From: the human T2T-CHM13v2.0 reference genome, Homo sapiens
DNA length: 64,000 nt
Reading direction: 5' to 3' (one strand)
Assembly: GCF_009914755.1 (NCBI RefSeq)
Contig: NC_060938.1
Part shown: in pieces, positions 14,978 through 30,190 of the stretch
How the letters are laid out: each line of letters opens with the position of its first letter
Numbering within the stretch: the first letter of the stretch is position 1
Translations under genes and position numbers: made by a program
Notes under the pieces: model-generated
Seen by the model: only the letters and a program-made list of their open reading frames with translations
Told to the model about the DNA's origin: nothing
Databases searched by the model: none

Positions 14978-15535
14978 TAGATAGTTTCTTTCATGATTTC
15001 TTCTAGTTCACTGACCTTTTGTTCTTCGGTGTCCAATCTCTAATTAAAATTTCCAGTGAATTTTTCATTTCATTTGGTTCCATTGAAATTCCATTGACTT
15101 TATGTTGATGGTTTGTATTTCTCTCCTCATATGGTCACGTTTTTATTTAAACTCTTGAGCGCATTCATAAGAACTATTTTAAAGTCCTCATTTGATTATT
15201 CCATTATCAGTCATTATGGGATGATTTCTATTGATTAATTTTTCTTCTGGTTATGAATCGTATTTTCCTGCTTCTTTGAATATCCAGTAGCTTTTGATTG
15301 TGATTATTAATGTCACATTGTTTTGTGACATTGTGTCTGGATTTTGTTGCCTTTCTTTAAAGAGTATTGAAGTTTATTTTGACAGGCATTAACTTACTTG
15401 TGGATCAGCTTAATCCTTTCAAGCTTGTCTTTAGGCTTTGTTAGGTTGGGTCTAGAGTAGCCGTCACTTTAGGACTAGTTTATCATAATACTACGGCATG
15501 ACTGTTCTGGGGTCTCTAATAAATGCCTCAGTGGT

Positions 15536-16035
15536 TATAGTAAGCAAAATTATTCCACCAAAGATGTTCACATCTGAATCCCCAGAACGTGGGAATATGT
15601 TAGGCTACATGACAGACGGGAATTAAGGTGGCAGCAGCTGGAATTAATGTTGCTAATCAGCATGCCTTAAAACAGGGAACTTATTCTGGGTTATCCAGGT
15701 GGGCTCAAGAGTCCTTAAAAGCAGAATAGGGATGCTGAAGAAAGAACCAAAAAGACAGCAGCATGAGAAGGACCTGGCTCAATGTTGTTGGCTTTGAAGA
15801 TGAGGGAGGAAGCCATGAGTTAAGGAAAGTAGGTGGCCTCTGGAAGGTGAAAAAGGCAAAGAAGTGGATTCTCCCCTACATCCTTCAAAAAGGACAGCAC
15901 CATGCGGTGATCTTGGCCCAGTGTGACATCTGTGTTAGACTTCTCATCCACAGAACTGTAAGATAATACATTTTTGTTATTTTAAACCACCATATTTATG
16001 GTAAGGTATTACAGTAGCCACAGAAAGCTAATACA
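15536..16035 (+). mobile_element. MLT1E-like MaLR solo LTR
   Basis: GAATTAAGGTGGCAG...GGAATTAATGTTGCTAATCAG; ends CTAATACA; TSD GTGGT/ATGGT. Confidence 0.8.
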
Positions 16036-16444
16036 ATGGTCAGTGAGATCTCTCCACACCGACTGGGTTGTCTTCCACATCATCATGAATGCTGAGAATG
16101 TTCCAGTTTATAGCTCCCTGGTGGTTCTTTCACTCTGTTTTGTTTCCTTTGTCTCAGGAATTATACTTTTGCTGTCCAATATCTGAAAACAATTGTATCA
16201 TATAATTTTCCAGTTGTCTAGCTGTTTACAGGTAGGAAGGAAACAAGTAGAACTGGTTATTCCAACATCGCTAGAGGCAGAAATAATACGTTCAGTTTTG
16301 CATATTGAGAAACAAACTTATATAGTATGACTTTTAAAAAACTTCCTTCAACAGAGCTGAAGATTCAACTCAGTTCCACCCTCCTCAATTATAGCACTGC
16401 CTTCTTTTGGTCTTAGCAGCCACCACTGAAGATAAAAGTAATAC

Positions 16445-16990
<546 letters not shown>

Positions 16991-17102
16991 AAAGTTACTG
17001 TTTTAAGAACACTGGGAATCTTTTTTTCCATTTCTGTGGCCCATTGACTGTTCTTCCTCATTTAAGAGCAGCAGCAAATATTGATTAAGAAAAACTTGAT
17101 TT

Positions 17103-17397
17103 GGCCTGGCGCAGTGACTCACACCTGTAATCCCAGCACTTTGGGAGGCTAATGCAGGGATCACCTGAGGTCAGGAGTTCAGGACCAGCCTGGTCAACAT
17201 GGTGAAACCTCATCTCTACCAAAAAATACAAAAATTAGCTGCGCATGGTGGTGTGCACCTGTAATCCAGCTACTCAGGAGGCTGAGGCAGGAGAATCACT
17301 TGAACCCAGGAGGCGGAGGTTGCAGTGAGCCAAGATGGCACCACTGCACTCCCTGCTGGGTGACAGAATGAGACTCTGTTTCAAAAAAAGAAAAGAA
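17103..17397 (+). mobile_element. AluS
   Basis: Alu dimer; TSD AAGAAAAACTTGATTT at 17087-17102 and 17398-17413. Confidence 0.95.
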
Positions 17398-18099
17398 AAG
17401 AAAAACTTGATTTGCTGGACAGGATACCAGGATATGGTCAGGATACAGTTCTTGCCCTCAAGGGGCTTACTTTTTGTGGTGGCATTATATTTTTGATGTA
17501 TAACAATCTTGGCTGTTTTTGTTGTTGTTGTTGTTGTCCTTAGTACTTTCTTCTACCCACTGACCCACAGACAGGTTCTCTGATACCCTGGACTCTCACA
17601 CAAGCCTCTTTATATTTACATACCTATAAAGGGAATCGGAGCAGCTGAGCCCTGAACCAATGGAAGGGCCTTATAGTAAAGAATGAGTAAAAATCTCACA
17701 GTTAACTGACAATGAAATATCAAATAAATGAGGATGTCTCCATCAGTTGATGACATTAAAGGCCAGCTATGCCTCCACAAACCAGAACTTGGGTTCAAAT
17801 AAAAAACATTAGAAAACCCCCAAACTAACTAGAATTTCTTTTCTGCTATCCCTGTGGCACAAAAACTCAAGAAATAAATTCAGTAAAGAAATGCATTTCT
17901 TGCACCTTGAAATCCATACCCACGGTATTGTCTAACTGGGGAGGTAGGACATTTCCATAAAAAGAGAAGCACTGATGCTTTTAGATGCTGAGGGTAAATA
18001 AGTTGTGTAGGAGACACTTTCTACAGTAGGTCAAAGCCTGTAGAGATGGAGAGGACATTGAGAATGTGAGTGACCTTCTTGCAATATTAACTGACCACA

Positions 18100-18270
18100 C
18101 TGGTTAGGGTAATGCAAAGTATCTCCAAAGCTAGCTGCTAGAACAAACACCAAATGTCAAAGGCTAACCACAAAAGAAGTTTACTGCTTGCATATGTAAC
18201 AGTTTGATAGAGGCAATCCTGGTTGCTAGATGGCTTCCTCCACACAGTCGTTCAGGGACCCAGGCAGCTA
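18100..18270 (-). mobile_element. old MLT1 (J/K/L-like) LTR fragment, copy A of a local duplication
   Basis: GCTAGCTGCTAGAACAAAC...AGAAGTTTA...CCACACAGTCGTTCAGGGACCCAGGC. Confidence 0.55.
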
Positions 18271-18313
18271 GATCTCCCCAGAGCAAGGGGAACACTTTAA
18301 CAACACTATAGGG

Positions 18314-18837
18314 CAGCGGATCCCAACCTTTTTGGCACCAGGAATTGGTTTGTGGAAGACAATTTTTCCATGGACTGGGGTCAGGGGATGGTTTTGGGAT
18401 GATTCAAGCACATTACATTTATTGTGCACTTTATTTCTATTATTATTATATTGCAATACATAATGAAATAATTATGCAACTTGCCATAATGTAGAATCAG
18501 TGGGAGCCCTGAACTTGTTTTCCTGCAACTAGACAGTCCCATCTGGGGGTGATAAAAGATAGTGACAGATCATCAGGCATTAGATTTTCATAAGGAGCAT
18601 GCAACCTAGATCCCTTGCATGCACAGTTCACAATAGGGTTTGCTTTCCTATGAGAATCTAATGCTGCTGCTGATCAACAGGAGGCGGAGCTCAGGTGGTC
18701 CTGTGAGTGACGGAGAGTGGCTGTAAATACAGATGAAGCTTCTCTTGCATGCCCACAGCTGACTTCCTTCTGTGTGGCCTGGTTCCTAACAGGCCATGAA
18801 CTGGTACTGGTCATGGCCTGGGGGTTGGGGACCCCTA
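18314..18837. mobile_element. MER1A hAT-Charlie DNA transposon
   Basis: TIRs CAGCGGATCCCAACC / GGTTGGGGACCCCTA; about 525 bp; TTTTTGGCACCAGG; 8-bp TSD CTATAGGG/GTATAAGG. Confidence 0.9.
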
Positions 18838-19651
18838 GTATAAGGCATTGCTATGAAAGGAATCATCCTAGTTCACATTCCCTGAGCACTTCCTGGGGAG
18901 CAGGCAATGTGTTGGGGCTCCCCATACAATCCTCACAATAACCCTGTGCTGAGGAGCCAGGTCCCGGAAAGGTTCACACCCAATTTTGGCCAAACCCAGC
19001 CAGATTCTTAATCTCTCTGCTCTACATCAGCCTCTGGATTTATGTTGCTCTTACATTCCTGAGATGTGCCAGTTAATTCAAAAACATGTAGAGCAAAAAT
19101 GAATTTTCTCACAAGACACAAAGGGACAGCAAAGCAGGAAAAATGCTCTAGTAGGTTGCAAAAGACTCCAGCCACGTAAATGGTTTTGCCACATTGCATT
19201 AATATGAGCAGTAAATAAGCAGTTTATGGGGGAAAACTGAATACATTAAAATTTATTCATGGAATAAAACAAGAAAAAAACCGCCACTGACTGACGGCGT
19301 ACTGGCCAGGGTAGCCTGCAATCGGTAGTATGCAAGTCTCCATTTGCTACTCCATCAGAATTCTAACATACCGAGTCTCTCATCATATTAGTGGTGTTCC
19401 CAACCAAAGGCCCCTGTTATTCTTGGTGGCCCTGCTGAAACTTGTTCTTAGTATTGTCACCTGGGTGAAGCCTGGGGCCAAAGCCTGTGATGATAACATG
19501 AAAGATCAAGCCCTAAGTGCTGAGGGCAGGCACTGCTGTAAACACATGCATCAACCCGTTTCATCTTCATGTTCACCCAATAGGAAGTTTCTGTTATTAT
19601 CTCCATTTCATTGGCGAGGGAACTAAGACGCTAAGAGACTGAGCAACTTCC

Positions 19652-22382
19652 TGTGATGGTTACTTGTATGTGTCAGCATGGCTGGGCCAGATGTCCAGAT
19701 ATTCTGGATGTTTCTGTGAGGGTGTTTTTAGATGAGATTTACATTTAAATTGGTATGCTTTAAGTAAGGAAAATTACTCTCCATAATGTGGGGGATGCTC
19801 ACGCGGTCAGTGGAAGGCCTGAATAGAACACAAAGATGACCTTCCCTGAGCAGGAGAAACTCTGCCTGCAGACAGCCTTTGAACTTCCTCTGCCGCACCT
19901 GCTCTTCCTGGTTCACCAGCGGACAGCCTTTGGACTTGAACTGTGTCTCTTTCGTGGGCCTCCACCCTAGCAGCTTCCCCCATCAGACTGTGGAGATTCT
20001 AGACATGCCAAACCTCCACCGTGATGTGAGCCAATTACTTAAAATAAATTTCTTCCTACACACACACACACAGACACACACACACAACTTATTGGTTTTG
20101 TTTCTCTGGAGAACCCTGATTAATACAGATTTTGGTACTGAGAGTAGATGGTGGTCAATGGTTTGGTTGGATGGTCAGGGGCTTGGAAGGAAAATGATTA
20201 AGAAATTGATGGCAAAGAAGTCTAGGAAAGAGTTATGTGGATAGACCTCTAAACGGGCAAAAAATATGAAGGTATTTGTGTCCCATGTGAGTGCTCACTA
20301 AAGGGTGGTTTCAGCAGAGGAGAACTTTAATAATCAAGCAGATAGGCTGACCGGTTCTGTGGATACCAGGAAGCCTCTTTCCCCAGCCACACCTGTCATC
20401 ACCCAATGAGCTCATGAACAAAGTTGCCATGGTGGCAGGGATGGAGGTTACGCATGGGCTCAGTAACATGGACTCCCATTCCCCAAGTCCAACCTGGCTA
20501 TCACCATGGCTGAGTGGCCAATCTGCTAGCAGCAGGAACCAACACTGAATCCCTGCTATGGCACCAATTTTCCAGGTGATCAGCCAGCTACCTGGTGTCA
20601 GGCTGATTACATTAAACCTCTTCTACCCTGAAAGGAGCAGCATTTTGTTGTTGCTAGAACAGACACTCTGGATACAGATTTGCCTTCCCCTCGTGCAGGG
20701 CTTCTGTAAAAGCTACACTCCACAGACTTACAGAATGCTTTCTCCACCACCATGGTATTCCACACAGCATTGCTTCTGATCAAGGAGCTTGCTTCACAGA
20801 AAATGAAGTGTGGTAGTGGGCCCATGCCCATGGAATTGGAAGGTCTTGCCATGTTCCCCACATTCCTGAAGCAGCTGGCTTGACAGAGGGTGAAATGGCC
20901 TTTTGAAGACTTTTAGCACCAGATAGGTGGCAGTACCTTGCAGGGCTGGGGCAAGGTCCTCCAGAAGGCCGTGTATGCTCTGAATCAGCCTCCAAAATAC
21001 AGTGCTGTTTCTCCCCATAACCAGGATTAATGTATCCAGAAACCAAGGAGTTGAAAAAGAGTGGTGCCACTCACTATTACCCCTAATAACCCACCAGTGA
21101 CATTTTTGTTTCCTGTCCCCACAGCTTATACTCTGCTGGCATAGAGGTCTTAGTACCAAAGGCAGGAATGCTTCCACCAGGAAACATAATAATGATTCCA
21201 TTGACCTGGGAGATAAGACCACCACTCAGCTACTTTGGGCTCCTCAGGCCTCTAAACATCATGCAAGAAGGGAGGGACTGTGCTGGCTGGGGTGATTGAT
21301 GCTGGCTGCCAAGGCGATTTTGGACTGCCATTCCACAATGGATGTAAGGAACAGTATGTCTGGAATACAGGAGATCCTTTAAGGCATCTCTTAGTCATGC
21401 CCTGTGATTAAAGTCAATGGAAAACTACAACAGCCCACTCCAAACAGGACCACTAATGGCCTAGACCTTTCAAGAATGAAGATTTGGCGCATCCTACCAG
21501 GCAAAGAACCACAACAAGCTGAGGTAATTGCTGAGGGAAAAGGGAATATAGGTAGCCATAAATACCAGCTACAGTCAAGTGACCAGTTACAGAGACAGGG
21601 ACTCTAATTGTCCTGAGTATTTCTTCCTGATTTTGTTATGAATGTGTGTGTTTTCCTCTCTTACCTGCTTATCGTGTAACATAAGCTGTATTGACTTTGT
21701 ATCATAGTATTTAAGTATTGTTACCTTTCTGTCATATACTTAAGCTACAGGATCTCAAGGTGAAGAAGAAAGATCATTCATGGACTTTGCCTCCTCTTCT
21801 GGGGAAAGGGTTAGTGGGTTTTTGGCTGTACACAGGATAGTTCTATCACGTTAGGCAGAGCTATAACCTTATGATTGTCTTTACTTGAAGATTAAGTACA
21901 GTTTAGGGAGATGTGTGTGGGTGCCCAGTTGACAGGAGTGGACTTGGGATGGTTAATTTTATGGGTCAATTTGGTGGTCCATGGTGCCCAGATATTTGTT
22001 CAAACATTATTCTGGATGTTTCTGTGAGGGTGTTTTTGGAGGAGCTTTACTATTAAATCAGTGGACTTTGAGTGAAGCATATTGCCCTCCATATGAGGCT
22101 TCTGCAGTTAGTGGAAGGCCTGAATAGAACACAAAGATGACCTCCCCTGAGCAAGAGAAACCCCGCCTGCAGACAGCCTTTGAACTTCCTCCGCATCATC
22201 GCTTTTCCTGGTTCACCGGCAGACAGCCTTTGGACTTGAACTGTGACTCTTTCCTGGACCTCCTCCATTAGATTTGGAGATTTTAGATGTGCCAAGCCTC
22301 CACCGTGATGTGAACCAATTGTTCTCTCGTGTGTGTGTGAATCCTTTTGGTTCCGTGTCTCTGGAGAACCCTGCCTAATACA
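19652..22382 (+). mobile_element. Internally deleted ERVL provirus: MLT2(D-like) LTR 19652-20127, internal 20128-21944 (RNaseH end, integrase, dUTPase relics), LTR 21945-22382; inserted in a MIR
   Basis: Two homologous TG..CA LTRs; PBS-like GATTTTGGTACTGAGAG; degraded integrase motifs (AHEQSCHGGR, PIC, IASDQG, HSEAAG-like) and ERVL dUTPase (SAGIEVLVPK..MLPPG, VLAGVID, YVWNTGDP, VIKVNGKLQQP); PPT-like GACAGGAGTGGACT; TSD CTTCC/CTTGC; MIR continuous across the site. Confidence 0.92.
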
Positions 22383-22562
22383 CTTGCCTAAGATTATATA
22401 GATGATAAACAGTAGAATTGGCTTTAAATCCTGCAGTTTGGTGCCAGAATCCACACTCTTGATGTATACCATTCTGTTAGCCTTTATCACTGTAATAGGT
22501 AATGTCCATTTGAGTCCAATAGTGATAGCTTTTTCCCATGTCTTCATATGAACTGATCATAT

Positions 22563-22850
22563 TGGTTAAGGGGATTCCAAGTGGCTAAGAAGCTAGCTAT
22601 TAGAATAAAAAACTCCAAATGTCAAAGGCTAATCACAATAGAAGCTTACTTCTTACATATTCGTCAGTTTGATAGAGGTAATCTTGGTTGCTAGGCTACT
22701 TCCTCCACACAGTCATTCAGGGACTCAGGCTGCTATAGGCTCCGCCTCCCTCAACATGTAGCTTCTAAGATCACCCTGGGCTTTGATTCCACTCTAGCCA
22801 GACAGAAGGGGAAAGGAGAATGGTAGATTAGGCATGGAAAGTTTTTATAC
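22563..22850 (-). mobile_element. old MLT1 (J/K/L-like) LTR fragment, copy B of a local duplication
   Basis: CACAATAGAAGCTTACTTCTT...CCACACAGTCATTCAGGGACTCAGGCTG...GCTTCTAAGATCACCCTGG. Confidence 0.6.
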
Positions 22851-23825
22851 TTACTACTGCTAAGGAATTTGTTTGTTTGATTTAAAAGGAAAGCAGTTTA
22901 AATTGTTTTATTCTGAAATTATTTTGTGTGTATATGTAGGTATGCATGTAAAGTTTCCAATCTCTCCTTCATTTTATTTCAAACTCCTTAAATTAACAGG
23001 GTATAAACAGAGAGGCAGGTGTATTTCTTCAGGAATCAACCAAATTGACTGGAAGAGCTGTTTTACATAGAAGATATTGAGAGAGAAGATTGGAGATAAA
23101 GTCGAAGCCAGATTGTGGAAGGCCTTGAAATGCTTGGCCAAAGGGCTTGGACCTTATCCTCTGAGAGATCTCAGGTTCTCTCTCTCTCCTCAACTAACTG
23201 CCCTTATTCTCTACACCAGCGAATCACAGCCTACATTCACCACCACGTGACGTGGTAATATTTAACTTGTCCTTTGTTTATTTCCTTTCTTACCCCACAC
23301 CCATCACCTGGATAAACTGTATGCATCTCAACAGCAAGAACAATGACTTATATTTTTCTCAATGCTGCACAAGCCTAGGAGAGGGTCTCATATGTAATGT
23401 TTAACGACTACATTCTGTTGACATGCAAGAGGTATATGTCCCTACACCTTCAAACGCCCTACAAATTGTTGAATATAACAATAGCATATCATTTCCTCCC
23501 CAAATCTGGTATATTTTGACTGAAAAATGTGAATAATATCTTGAAGCTTCTAATGCCTTTATAAGCTACCACATTCTGATCAGAGTTCTTGGCAAAATGG
23601 CTTAATGAATTATGCTTCCTTGTTTTGAGATCACATCCTCCAACTGTTTTCATATCATAAAGCCAAGTCATCATCACATTTGACATTCTGTTCCTTGAAA
23701 TTTCATTATTGGGCTAGGAATGTCTTTCTCAGGCCTCTTTATTTTCTCTTTATTTCGAACACTAGGACTAGCATAACTGATTTTTTGACAAAGGAACACA
23801 GCCTCAAGAAAAAAAAATCACATTA

Positions 23826-23944
23826 AGCCAGGTGCAATGGCATGCACCTGTAGTCCCAGCTACTTGGGAGGCTGAGGTGGGAGGATCACTTGAGCCAGGA
23901 GTTCAAATACAGCCTGGATGACATAGCAAGACCACATCTCTTTT
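23826..23944 (+). mobile_element. FLAM (free left Alu monomer)
   Basis: About 120-bp monomer; TSD AAAAAAAATCACAT at 23810-23823 and 23945-23958. Confidence 0.88.
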
Positions 23945-24299
23945 AAAAAAAATCACATCATAAAATGTACTGCATAAAGAACTACACATCGAGAACAAAA
24001 CTCTGTTTATCTGACAGTCAGCTAGGATCACTCACTAGCTAAGAAATTCACTCCCGCCCACAAGCCTGTGACTCAAATTCATGGCTCAGCAAAATTACAA
24101 ATGACTGTATATCATGGATCTGGTATTTATAAACAATCAACACCATACATGCTGACCATGCGGAAGGTAAGCGTTTATGATATAACAGGTAAATGTGACA
24201 ATAGCATTGACCCCATCTCATTACCAAGCCTGAAACATGTCTGCATGAATACATATGCATACACATGTGAGTTTGGAGATATATATATTTTCATGTTCT

Positions 24300-25154
<855 letters not shown>

Positions 25155-27733
25155 TTAGTAGAATTTAGCAATGTTGCCCCAGGTCACGTAGCTAGTGAGC
25201 AGCACAAACAGGATTTGACCCCACGCAGTCTCACTCCAGAGTCCCCATTCTCGAATGGTACCCTATAGGGCCACTCAGTATGAGTGACTATTTTTCAATA
25301 GTTCTCATTTTCATTTTAAATGAATACATTCTCCTCTGTGTCCTCAGTTAGTAAGAGACTACACTACTCCCGCCACACTGGCAGAATCATGCTTCTGGGT
25401 CTACAGAGCTGAAGACCAGACTCTGACACATGGCGACTTCATGCAGGTAATGCCGTACCCATCAACAAAGTTCCCTGCTGGCACCTGTTCCATGATCGTC
25501 CCCTCGAGTCACAAGAATATACCTAACATATTTGTACAAACTGAAAAAGAGATCTTGTCAGAAGACTATGCATTTCTTTAGAACATCATCAGGCCAGAAG
25601 CCCATGGGCAGGAACAAATGGGTAGTGGAAAAATGGAAAACAAGTGGGAGAAAGTTCTGTAGATGCTGGGACTTCAGCTTTGGAAAGGCCCCTGGCCACA
25701 GCTGATTTTCTGCAAGGCAACCGGCTGAAAAAATACATCTCTGCAAAAATAAAGAAAAGCCTAACCGAGTGCAGCCGCCATCCTCCCAGTAATGAGATTT
25801 GGAGGATTACTGCTGAGATGAATGGAAGATATCGTATGGTCACTGCTAGAAATGTTTGCCACCCCGGTCTAACTACACGAGTAGACACTAGAGTTCTTAG
25901 CAGGCCCACATATGTTTGATTTTAATTAAAACGTGCTGAATGAACTGTTAGCAGCACTGAAATAATGAAGAAAAGCAACGTAAGACAAATCGGCTAATAG
26001 ACAACTCCAAACATTCTATTTTATACCCTTCAGTTATGTTAATGGAGGTTTCCAATATGTTCTAGCTGAAATAATCATTACACAAACACAGTTACATAAT
26101 AATCTAAGGGGTAGATGAAAATATAAATAACTGCAGCAGCAAAAACCACAAATGGGTCAAAGGATTACAAATTCATTTTCTCAGTCTTTATTCGAAAACA
26201 ATTTAGTGAGTGCTTATTGGTTATTATGTGCCAGGCACTCATGGGCTAATGCCTATGATGAAATCATCCTAGTGTTTCCAAATATACACTTTTGTTTAAG
26301 ATAGCATGTTCTATGAGTACCAGGGTGCTGTGTAGAGTATATCTCCAACCACATGATGAAACAAAACAGCAAGCGACTCTTGAAAGGGAGAGACCATCAT
26401 TTTAAGTCATTTCAAAAGCTAGTTCATATGAAGGCAGAGACTCTGGCCAAGATCTTAACAAATTACATTTTATTCAGTGCACAAGAAATTAGCACAGCTG
26501 CCTGAAGGAAAATATGTCCTGGGATTGTGTACACAGTGCAAGGCCAAAGGGCAGCCATATTCCAAGTAGACCGTAAACAGGAGGTTTATTGGAGGCCTTT
26601 CCAAAGAACGCGACCAAATTTCAGCCGTGAGATAACCAGAATTCCAGCCAAAATTGGGAGTGATGGAAACTGTCAAATGTCTTTGGATCTTTTGTGGAGA
26701 TTAATCCCTTGGCTGTCCAGTCTCTGATGAATGAAGGAGAATAATTCAGAGTCACTGAACACCCTTGCTCTTAACTGGAGAGGCAGGATATCAACGAGGT
26801 AAGTGAACGCCAATGCATTTAGAGTTTATTTACAACTAAACTGCTAAAGCCTCAACTCATCCATATTCAATTAGAGAAAGTTGTGGTTCATCCAAGACAA
26901 GACGTGAGCCAAAATTTGGGGCGAGGGTGACATCATCTGAAAGGGCTGGAAATAAAGTGTAAATTTGAGTATCATCTGTATATAAGTGATAATTAAAGCT
27001 GTGCAACTCAACACGTGCCAAGAGAGAAGGTCAATAAAAATGAAGAACAACAGGGTCCCAAACCACATGTTACTTCTAAAATGAAGATTTATTTTTTTTA
27101 AGGTGGTGAGGGTGAGCTTTTCTTTCCTGCTGCATAATCTCAAAACAGATACAGATCACCTGCAAGGAAGACTCATTTCTGCAGAAAGTCACTGAATTAC
27201 TTGAACATTGAGCTAAGGAGAGGGGCTTTTCTGTGTGATCTATATTGCAAGGAAGTAAGAAGTCATTCCATTTAGTTTGGGGAAGACCTCCCCAACCCCC
27301 TAAAATAGATCACTTTAGTAAATAATATCTAAGAGAACCACCAATTCAAGCTGATACTTGATTGTCCTTTTCAAGTCTGGTGTTAAATTTGGGCAGGAAA
27401 CACAAGTTGCTTTTATCTGGGTGCTCGATAATTTCATTCATGCAGTGAAGAAATAGGTTCTTTATTCTCAGCTGTGTTTGAACACTTTAACAATGGGATA
27501 ACTGAAGTAAGATGCAGCTTAAATCAAATGAAATGGAGACTTGCCCACAAGGACTTATTCATTATAAAAAAGGGCAGCTCTTGTCCTAATCGTTCCTCTA
27601 GAGATCTATGACTTAGGGCTCTTTTTATTTTTGACTACCAGCTACCTTTCCAAATCATGGAAGCTTTCTAAAAATACCAAGTTCCTCAGTAGCTGGAGCT
27701 GAGCAGGGAGTGAGCCTAACCATAAATGATGGG

Positions 27734-28524
<791 letters not shown>

Positions 28525-29269
28525 TTAAATTTGTAAAAGAGTTTCTAAAAGCAGAAAGAATGGTCAATTCATCCATTCCTGGAGATACTTTGTTTAAATT
28601 TGCTTTTGAGTGAAGTCAAACCATGAATGAAGGAGCTGCAAAGTGGGACTTCATTTCACCTTGATCTCCCTAGAAAGGCCTTGCTCCTTCTTGCTGCATT
28701 TGAGTTTATGCAACTGTGGGCGCACTTTAGGGATCAGCCCTATGAGCCCCTCTTTGCATTTGTTAGAGGAAAGTGGTTAATGATCTTGTCTACTACTTCA
28801 TACAATTTTTCCCTTACTAGGCCTCATTATTCTGAAGACACTTTTTATAAGCAGACACAAATCCTTTTAGAATAAGGAGGAGCATAAATAAATACATGAT
28901 TATTATATCAAATGCAATAACTATCTCTGCTGGTGGATAACAGGCTCATGCCTCTAGAAGGATGAAAGCAACTTTTACTGAACTCCTACCGTGAGACAAG
29001 CCTTCTGCTACAGGCTTTAGACAATTGTCTGCCGAATTTTAATTTTCACAATCTTATGAAGCAGATTATGAGAAAATGTAGGTAACTTGCCTAAAGTCAC
29101 ATTGTAAATGACCAAACCAGAAAACCACAGTATTTTATGATCATAACAAAGAATGGAAGAGGGGAAGGAGAAAAGCTTATGTTAATTTGTTGAGAACCTA
29201 CTTCCAGTGAACCAAGTATTTTTCATCCCAATTTAGAAATGAGGAAACTAAAGCTCAGAGGAATACATA

Positions 29270-29350
29270 AATGTATAAATATATGTAATATATATATATT
29301 AAAAATATATGTAATATATATATTAAAAATATGTTATATATAATATATAT
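29270..29350. repeat. (TA)n-rich tract within a MIR
   Basis: AAATATATGTAATATATATATT repeated; MIR core AATGAGGAAACTAAAGCTCAGAG upstream. Confidence 0.85.
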
Positions 29351-29448
29351 TTGCTCAAGGTGACATAATAGATGAATATATTAGGTAGGTCTATTTCTAG
29401 AATGAGAGGAGACATTTAAGACAAGGAGATTCCATGGAAAATACATAA

Positions 29449-29796
<348 letters not shown>

Positions 29797-30190
29797 TAAA
29801 TGTTTACTCACATATAGAAGGGATTTCTGTAGGTCTGTGGGTGTGTTCCACGCCTCTAAGTGGTAGGTGGTATCATATGGTATGCACCATTATGCCTCAT
29901 GCACATTCAACTCAACATTGCTTTCTGAGATGGAGACACTTTGTTATTCATGGATCTTACTCATTCCCTGTAGGGGCAGGGTTATGGGCTAAATTGTGTT
30001 CCCCTCAAAATTTGTATGTTGAAGTCACAATCTCCTAGTACCTCAGAATGTGACTGTATTTGGAGACAGTGTCTTTAAATAGACAATTAGGTTAAAATGA
30101 GATCACTAGGGTGAGCTGTAATCCAATATGACTGCTGTCCTTATAAGAAGGGGCGATGAGGACACAGACACAAAGAAAAGCCATGTGAAG

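Noticed and set aside
20558-21607. ORFs in the ERVL internal region as a domesticated integrase/dUTPase
   Set aside because: The pol frame has multiple stops and frameshifts, and the listed ORFs are mostly off-frame or antisense
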